Shown: in pieces, positions 54,870 through 64,000 of the stretch
Numbering within the stretch: the first letter of the stretch is position 1
Layout: each line of letters opens with the position of its first letter
Assembly (NCBI RefSeq): GCF_009914755.1
Contig: NC_060925.1
DNA from: the human T2T-CHM13v2.0 reference genome, Homo sapiens
DNA length: 64,000 bases
Reading direction: 5' to 3' (one strand)
The notes under the pieces: model-generated
Told to the model about the DNA's origin: nothing
The model's database searches: none
Seen by the model: only the letters and a program-made list of their open reading frames with translations
Position numbers and translations under genes: made by a program

Positions 54870-55790
54870 ATCTTGATGGAAAGCAGATTAGCGGGTTCAG
54901 GGAAATAGATGGGTTGAAAAGAACATTTCAAGTTCTTGAAGCTTTCAAGAAGCTTTCCAATGGAAAAGTAGAAAAGAACCTTCTAGGGATGATGGAAAAA
55001 TTTTGTATTTTGGTTGTGGTTGTGGTAACATGTCATGTATTTGCAAAAAGTAATCAAAAAAACTACATGAAGTGGGAGTATTTTACTGCATTAAAATATC
55101 CCCTTCATAAAGTAAATCACTAAAAAATACTAAAGAACCATAATAAGCCACAGAAAGAGATCTACATTTGTATAGTTTAACTGATTATAAAAAACATACC
55201 ATGCAAAGCAGCAAAGAAATTTAAAAAATATATAATATAGTTATTGATTTTATATAATTACAAACACATGAATAATATAATTTTAATATTTTATATAATT
55301 TTAGATGAAAAATTTATTGAATGAATTTATAAATTTGGTTATATATGATTTATCTCTCTAGACTTTATAAAGAACTCATAATAGTTCAAAAACATATCAA
55401 TGGATGTTCAGCATTATTAGTTCTCAATTAAATAATGCAAATTAAAATTTCAATTACCTACAACTAATGGGATGGCCAAATTTTCAAATAAGAAAATCTG
55501 ATTATATGTGTTGGTAAGAATATGGAGGGTGGGACTTATACATTATTGGTAGGAATATAAATATTTCATCACCTTTGTAAAATAATCTGGTGGTGTTCAT
55601 GCTGCTAAAAGTAGTAAGGGTAGGGGTTTCTAAGGGTGAAATAGCAACTGGACAGTTTTATTCATTTATTTATTTTTTACCATTCAGTGATGGTTATATA
55701 GGTATCTTTTGTTTATGAATGTTCATCTAGCTGGATAGTCATAGTTTGTGTAGTTTGTTGTACATTCTACTTTAGTAAAAAAAAAAAAAT
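54870..55790 (+). mobile_element. L1MD/ME-like 3' fragments
   Basis: 'gaaccttctagggatgatggaaaaattttgtattttggttgtgg' and 'aatgcaaattaaaatttcaattacc'. Confidence 0.55.
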
Positions 55791-57184
55791 ATGGCAGGTA
55801 CAATTTTGAAAAAATGCTCCTTATCCATATTGTCAAACTGCTTTATAAAAAGGAATAAAGACATACTAGTTCTAATAGCAATATATAATTATATTATGTC
55901 ACTGCATATATTAGCACAAGTTTTAACATTTTTAAAAGTTACCAATTAAAAAATTAAAAAGTAACATGTTAGATTGCATTTATGATTATTAAAGAAATAA
56001 AAAATGATTATATATGTTGCTTAAATGCAACCTAGTATACTTTGATAAAAATGTAAGTGGAAGTTTTATACATAAATTCTTCCCTTTTTTGGTGGCAATG
56101 AAATATCATTTATTCCATATGAACTGACTAAATTCTTTATCTAAGATATTCACAGACGTTTATTTGTTTCTGATGGAAATAAATAGTCCTTCAATTGCTG
56201 TAAAGTGCATGCAGATTGTTTCTTTTGCTCAGACAGATACAATTTCTTTTCAATTATTTCCAGCATTTTGCACACCACTGCAAGAAAACAATTAAGGGAA
56301 TGTTTCAAGAGTGTTTGCTGATATTTCTGTGACATCTTAAATGTGATTAGTTAAGAGGCAGTTTTTAAACGTAATGACCTAAGTGTATGAGATATCTTGG
56401 CTGCTACAGAGGTCTTTTTTAAACAAATGTTCACAGTCACCTCATTTGTGTTGATTTTTGAAAAAGTATTGGACATGGAAAGTAGAGTTTAGATTGAAGT
56501 GGGAAAAAAATGAAGGCTATAAATTTTGTTTAAAAACAGAATTTTCCATTTAAAATAGATATTCTTGTTTTCTTAATCTGTAGCGAGATTAGAAACAAAA
56601 GTAATGATTTTATTGCATGCATTATTTTATACAGCATGATCTAAAACACATGGATCACAAAAATAAAAAAATGCTTAATTTTCGTGGCATACAGTTTTTA
56701 AAAGCAAAGATTAGTTTACAATGGAAATTTAAAAAATGAAACAAATAATGTTTTAGAGAGATGTTTTATTAGGTCAATATAAGAAAGATTTAATGCATTC
56801 TTCTTTGAAGGCTATAGTTTTCTTGAGATAGATAAGAGCAAAATAACCACAGCATTATTGTTCTTGCTATCTCTAACCATTTTCAAATAGATTAATTTTC
56901 TCTATTTGATATGGAACATGATTGCATGAATTTTGAAGATGTTTACTGAAATCTTTTCTATAGAAATGCATAGTCTCATGCTTGTACTTGGTTAGAGCAA
57001 CTATATACATAGTAAACTGTGTTTATTTCCTTTCATTGTTCAATTCAGATTATTTAAAATAAATAAATATTAGGAACTACTGTTACTATTAGGCACACAG
57101 GTATGTAATTAATGCTTGCTTTATGGTTAATATCCCAAATGTCCTCTGCCATACTGAAATACTAATGTAAATTTATATGCCACA

Positions 57185-57747
<563 letters not shown>

Positions 57748-59121
57748 TAGATTATTTAAATTATATATACGTATTTATTTTATATTGTTCATCTATGCAC
57801 CTACATAAACATCACTTATCATACAGGTATGTAAATATAAATTTGTATCAATATCTTCTATCAGTAAGATATCTTGCCATTAAGGCCTTTCTTCTTAATT
57901 CAGAATCCCTTTGTATGACAGTGGAAAGGATAACTTAGTTTGCAAATAATATATATAAAAAAGATATATTTTTTTTACCAGAAATATTTGTTTGTTAACT
58001 ACCATGGAAGAACTGATTGCACTGCTAATGAAGAAATAATTATGATATAGTTGTCAAAAAGTTTCAGGCCTGCTTGGTTACTTTATAGTCTTAATTGTTG
58101 TTCCTTCATACGTATTGATAACCCTAGTTAATATTTATCTTTCACTTGGCTCCTAGCAACTTTTGATCCTGCTAGAAATGAGTAAGGGTTCTAGGTGACA
58201 ATTTTCTTTATAGCTTTTGTTGTTCACTCACCATTTTTTTAAACCTAGTTTCTCTAAGAAAATATTAATATTCTCCATGAAAAAATAAAAAATATTTTTG
58301 ATATCTTCAGATGAACTCATAAAAGGTGCACAAATTAAGAATTCAACTATGAACTGTACTTACTAATTTGGAAATATCCTCTAAAGTTCCCAACTAAATA
58401 AAAATTTAATTGGTTTACTTTAAATTAATGCATTGGTTTTGTAATAATATTCAGTGTTTTGCTCTAAATATTCCACAATTCAAACTTTTTATGATTTTTT
58501 TCCACTCAGTTTATTTTTGTAAATAAATCTATAAAAGATATTCTCACTCCTGGGCTTCATAAGAAAGGTTTAGAATATTGTGTTAAGGGTATGATACTGT
58601 AAATTATATTAAATAATCAAACAGATTCAATGTATTTTCTGTTCTAAACCTGACTTTACTTCATGATAAATCCATTTTCATTAAAATTTCAAGGGAATAA
58701 AAATGTAAAAACAAAATATAACAAAAAAAGAAAAAGAAAATATAACAATACAATTTGTAATATGACCAAACGAGTCACCATGTTTGAATGTATATATGAC
58801 TTATAGGTCTATTAAAAGTTATATATTTTAGAGTGTAAATATAAGTTTTTATTTTTCTTTATTTTTTATACATGAGCTATTATACATATATGTTTGATTA
58901 TTTTTGTTATTAGCCTGTTTAATAAATATGTGAAATAATATTGTTTAACAATGAACAATGAATCTATTTTTATGTGTTGACCTAATTCAACAGCAATCAA
59001 AATGAGCAAAGATTAGTAAATGCAGATATAATAGACATGACTGAAAGTATTAAACATGATTGTAACTTACATTCCCAAAATGTTGGTTTGTTGTTTGATC
59101 CTTTAAAGGAGTTATCTAGAG

Positions 59122-59515
59122 CAGTAGCTTTCAAACTTTCTTTGTGGTTTTTGACTCAAAATGCAAAAAGATCTGACATATTCTTATAACTATATACACT
59201 CAACTAGACACAAAACTTATCAAGCAATACTCTTGTGGACTAAGTTGAAATCACTTTATAAATAATTAGAATGGTTTCTTTTTATACCTCATAATTTGTT
59301 AAAGGGAAATCAAAGAAAGGAATTGACATACTCATCTAAAAAGTAAAGGTCTTATATGTGCCTTATTCTTTTTTTCATTCCTATCTTTCTTCCTTCCTCC
59401 CTTTCTCCCTTCCTCCCTTCCTCCCTTCCTCCATTCCATCCTTCCTTCCTTCTTTCCTTCCCTCCCTCAAACATATTCTTTCTTCCCGAAAGAATTTAAG
59501 AATTTGCTGATACTG
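59122..59515. mobile_element. hAT-Charlie relic (MER112/113-like) containing a pyrimidine tract
   Basis: Start 'cagtagctttcaaacttt' resembles a Charlie TIR. C/T tract at 59370-59470. Confidence 0.35.
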
Positions 59516-60815
59516 CAAGGTATTTTTCTTTATATTAAGCATATAGAGAGGATATATTCATACACATGAACATTTCATATATATATAGAGAGAGAGATTA
59601 TTTCTGCCTAAAAAGATTCATAGTGAAAAAGATACTTGTAAATGATGTTATGGTATAGATAATATAATAATTAACATATTCCGGGATATGGAAGGGGTAG
59701 AAAATTAGGGAAAAGTGGAAAGGAGGTACAAATTATGAGTTGAAAATAATTAGGCAAGTGAAAAGCATAGGTGAAGGAGTATCTATGAATAGGAGGTGAG
59801 GAGTAATACACACATAACTTTGTAATTGTGAAACCGAGCAGAGAAGTTACCAAGCAATTAAAGGTAAGTGATGCAAAGAGGTCAATAAAAAGAATAAAAT
59901 ATCCCATAAGTGAGGACCATATTAAAGACTTCTGACTTTGTAGGTATAGAAAATCATGAAAAGTATTTTTTAATTGTTATATTCTCAAATAAATATAGGT
60001 AAGCAACTGAAATTACTAAAAATGTATTAAGGAGGGTTATTGTATAATTCCACAATATGGAAAGAACATTTTAATATTTTAGAGTGTTAATAATCAGTGT
60101 TTTTCAAGATAGATTGATATAATAAATAGATAAGATGAATAAATGGACACATTTAGAAATACACTTTCAAAATTAAGAACATATATATACACACAAACAC
60201 ACATTTATATTTTTGTAAACCTCTTTTGAAAGAGTAATATATTAGTTGCTAAAAGTAGTATTTTGTTAGATGTGTGGCCTACCTACAGGAAAGTGCACAG
60301 ATTATTAGTATGTAGATTAATGAATGTCCCAAGGAAATACACACCCAAATATCTATCACAGATAAAACTTATGAGATACCACCGCTACTCTAGAAACCCC
60401 CTTCCAACTCATTTATATTCATTTCCTCCTGCAATCCCACTGAACATAATCACCTGAACATGAGCAAGACTGTAACTCCTCTGCCCACCATCTCCCTCCT
60501 CCACTGCTACTTTCTTGACAATATTGGGGATGTCGGAAGACAATTGCTTGATCTAGTGATCTTTTCTTTTGTTTCTGGTTCTTCAAGATTAGAATATGCC
60601 TAGACAACTCACCGTGTTTTCAAGACCTGACTGATTTCTTTTCAATTTCAGAGTCTCTTTGTCTATGTCAGACTTACTTATACACAGATCGGGCATCTGC
60701 CCTCAGCTTTGGAAGGTGCAACAACTCCCGCCACACCTACTCATCTATGAACGACTCAGTTCTCTGTGGAATTCAGTTCTTTTAAATCTTTTTTTTGTAT
60801 GATGCCCTAGGTTAT

Positions 60816-61210
60816 TGTATTACTTTGCTAGGGCTGCAATAACACAGTACCACAGACTGTCTGGCTTGATCAATAAAAATTTATTTTTTCACCATTCTGG
60901 AGACTGGATGTCCACGATAAAGGTGTTGGTGGAGATGTATTTTTTTTTTCTTTTAAGTCTCTCTCTCTGGCTTGTAGATGGCCATCTTCTCCCTGTGTCT
61001 TCACATGGTCTTTCTCTGTTTGTATCTGTGCCCTAATCGCCTCTTCCTTTAAGCACACCAGCAGTATTGAATTAGGACCAACCCAGTGACCTCATTTCAA
61101 CTTAATTACTTCTTTAAAGACCCTGTCTCCACATAGACACACACTTTGAGGTAGTGGGGGTTAGGACTTCAGCATATGAATTTCGGGGATACTCAATTCA
61201 GCCCATAACC
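60816..61210 (-). mobile_element. MLT1B-like solo LTR
   Basis: 'tgtattactttgctagggctgcaataac...aattcagcccataac'. Perfect 5-bp TSD gttat (60811-60815, 61211-61215). Confidence 0.92.
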
Positions 61211-62165
61211 GTTATATATTTTTAAAGTATTTTTATTTTCCATGGGTGTTTTTTTGTGTGTGTTGTTTGTTTATTGTTGTTATTACTGTGAGAACAAAGA
61301 ACTTTTGTATCCCCTTAACTGGAAGTGGAAGTGAGAATCAAAAACCCAGTTCTCTTTTATGGAATCCAGTTTTTGCTGCAATTTTCTCTTTTTGTTCTCC
61401 ATTTTCTTCATCATGTTAATCATATATGAATTGTTTTGGGGTTATGTCTACTGTGTGTTATTTGGGGTTATTTCTACTCATTCATTGGTGTTTGGTTTTA
61501 TCTCCTGATGTGCAAGGTTTAAATTAAGTCTGAATGCTCTATATGGAAAATTACAGAGTTAATTCAAGGTTCTGGATTTTCAGCTTCTGGTCTCAGTAAG
61601 AGAGGCAAACTTCTTCAATTGAATCATCACTTGAGTTATATTAAGACTCAGTTTTAATCTCCCTAAGGGCTTGTTTTTTGATCATTTTCCTTCATCATAG
61701 AATTAGGTATTTAATGTTATCAGCGGAATGACCAGGCTTTCCTCTTAGGAATTCCTGACTTTCTGATATCTTTGTTGCTAACAGACCTTCAAATAGATTT
61801 TTATATTTTCTCATATTTTTTAGTTGTTCTCAGGGATGTGATAAAAACTATTACTTCATACCCTTGGCTAGAAGTAAAAGTCTGCTAGAAATTTAGTTGT
61901 ACACATAACCATCTATAAATTAATGCTAATTCTTGTTTTATGTTTAAAAATGAATGCTTGATGATAACTTTTGTATCTTAAACAGAGTTAAGTTTAAATA
62001 ATTTTTTACAACACAAACCAGTGAATATTATCCAGATAAAAAAGTGTTAAGTATAAAGAATGTGTAAAAATATGAAAGTGCTTAAATAATTAAGTAGGCA
62101 CAATCACACCCTTGATTACATAGTATGCTTGTTATTGGAAAAAATAGTTTTAAAACTGTCTTGAC

Positions 62166-62432
62166 AAAAGAAAACCAAATACCACATATTCTCGCTTATA
62201 AGTGGGAGTTAAATAATGAAAGCACATGGACATACAAAGAGGAACAACGCACACTAGTGCTTATTGAAGTTTGGAGGGTGGGAGGAGGGAGAGGATCAGG
62301 AAAAATAATAGGTACTAGGCTGGATACGTGGGTGATGAAATAATCTGTATGACGAACCCCCATGACACAAGTTTACCTATGTAACAAACCTGCACATGTA
62401 CCTCTGAACTTAAAAATGAATTTTAAAAAAAC
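62166..62432 (+). mobile_element. L1PA13-like 3' end (~0.27 kb)
   Basis: 'ggagggtgggaggagggagaggatcaggaaaaataa...gggtgatgaaataatctgta'. TSD ctgtcttgac at 62156-62165 and 62433-62442. Confidence 0.9.
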
Positions 62433-62713
62433 CTGTCTTGACTGTACTGGGAAGTATACAATTCTGTTTTTGACAATAACAGGTGTATATATTATTGACA
62501 ACTGAGACATCTTTTATTTTAAAAGCTTTAATTTAAAATAAACAGACTTTATTTCCATATCTTTGGAAAAATGTTGCCACACTGTATTATCAAAAAATGT
62601 TCACAGGCAGAAAATTAATATAAAACAGCGCAATGATAGCCTTATTTTATAGCAATCCTTTCTAATTTTAATTAAACTGTTATAAACTTCTCAAACTCTT
62701 CCCTGTGTGTATG

Positions 62714-62740
62714 CACACATACACATACACACACACACAC
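62714..62740. repeat. Imperfect (CA)n microsatellite
   Basis: Read directly. Confidence 0.85.
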
Positions 62741-63943
62741 TTCTTATGGACACTGTTGAAATGTCTTCTGTCTAATGAGTATTTTCATTGAGCCTATAGA
62801 TAATTGGGTAATGTTTATGCATATTTGTTGTTTTGTCATTTACAGTAGAAGATGACCCATATGTTTTAGGGTTTTTAGAATTATCATCCATCCTTTAAGT
62901 TCTCAGCTGTATCTTCACCCAACTAACCCCAATTATTTCCAGCTAGATTACTTTTGAAAATGTTTGCTTTGGCTCAGAACATTTAATTTATATTTTATTC
63001 AATAGATTTATATTTTAAATATACCACCAGTAAAATAATTTGGCTCTAAACAATTTTTATACCTTATATATCCCTGTATTTCACAATGCTATGAGTCCAT
63101 TAATTCACATTTTAGAAAACACTAAAAGGTATCCCTTTTTTCAGTTTATTATGCTTTCCACCATTCCTTGTTTCCATAAATTTGTTGTGGTCCCTATTAT
63201 GGTACTGCAGCATTGCATATTAACTAACTAGTGATGGCAAGAAACTCACATGCAAAAATGTATGTGCACATTGCTGGATCAAGTTTCCTATTTAATAAAA
63301 ATACAAAAAATAATATCCGGTAAGAAATGCAAGCAAAGAAGGAATACTGTGCTGCTCACCTGAGACTTCCTGAGCCCCACAAGCCACCCAGTGGGAATAC
63401 TTTCAGGGATAAATTATGAACATGGGTCTTGTCAGATACAAGAAACTTCATTTTATACCGAGAAAAATCCCTGAGGCTTACACACATATTAAGGAGAAAG
63501 TTAAACCAACAATTTGTTTTCATTTTTTTCATTAAAACAGTGCTTACAGAAATATGAATCCTGTACATATTGACCTTAAATCAGTGACAGTAAGACCATA
63601 ATATCAGCATTGAGGCAGGTGGGAGCAGAATCAGAGTGCAAGCATTCCTGAGCAGTGCCCTGCCTCCAGCAGTCCAGTGTTGCCAAAAGCATATTTCTCT
63701 ACAGGTGTGGGTTATATTGGGGTCTCAGGCAGATACATTTTTCCCTCATAGTTACTTTTTTCTTTCATTAAACACATGGGAATAACTGTATGTCTACAGG
63801 AAAAGATGTCCTCTCACTTTTAGTGAAAAAATCAAGTCTATCTAAATTTTGCATTTCCATTTTTAAAAAAGATATAATATACTGTAGGAAAATATTTGTC
63901 TGATATAAAGTAAACAAGAGCAAGTCCCATGATAAATGGAAAA

Positions 63944-64000
63944 TGTATCTAAGTCTAGTCACTAGAGAGAGACCACACAGTAATTTGAACAGGGGAAGTT
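63944..64000 (-). mobile_element. End of an LTR33-like LTR (runs off the window)
   Basis: 'tgtatc...gagaccacacagtaatttgaacaggggaagtt' is the same terminus as at 19825. Confidence 0.65.

Overview
AT-rich, CpG-poor primate (hominid, probably human) genomic DNA from a gene desert or a large intron. I can support no host protein-coding exon, RNA gene, CRISPR array or prokaryotic feature. About two-thirds of the window is interspersed repeat: L1s of many ages, four Alus, a complete two-LTR THE1 (MaLR) provirus, solo LTRs (THE1, MLT1, MER21, LTR33-like), MIR, L2, hAT relics and microsatellites. All long ORFs in the track are L1 ORF1/ORF2 or MaLR-internal remnants. Subfamily names come from my recall of consensus sequences, not from a RepeatMasker run. 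The most notable observations are rearrangement scars. (1) Two L1PA7-like copies are fused 5'-to-5' at 6866, and their 3' ends share a ~358-bp tract that is ~99% identical against ~86% in the adjacent flank; this points to inverted-repeat gene conversion and a possible inversion substrate. (2) A young L1PA2-like insertion has a perfect 16-bp TSD and a twin-priming inversion that breaks in the ORF1/ORF2 spacer. (3) Both L1s carry apparently templated filler insertions. (4) An unexplained 49-bp direct repeat brackets ~1 kb of unrecognised sequence. (5) A degenerate 20-bp-period array carries octamer motifs. I found no convincing new biological system.
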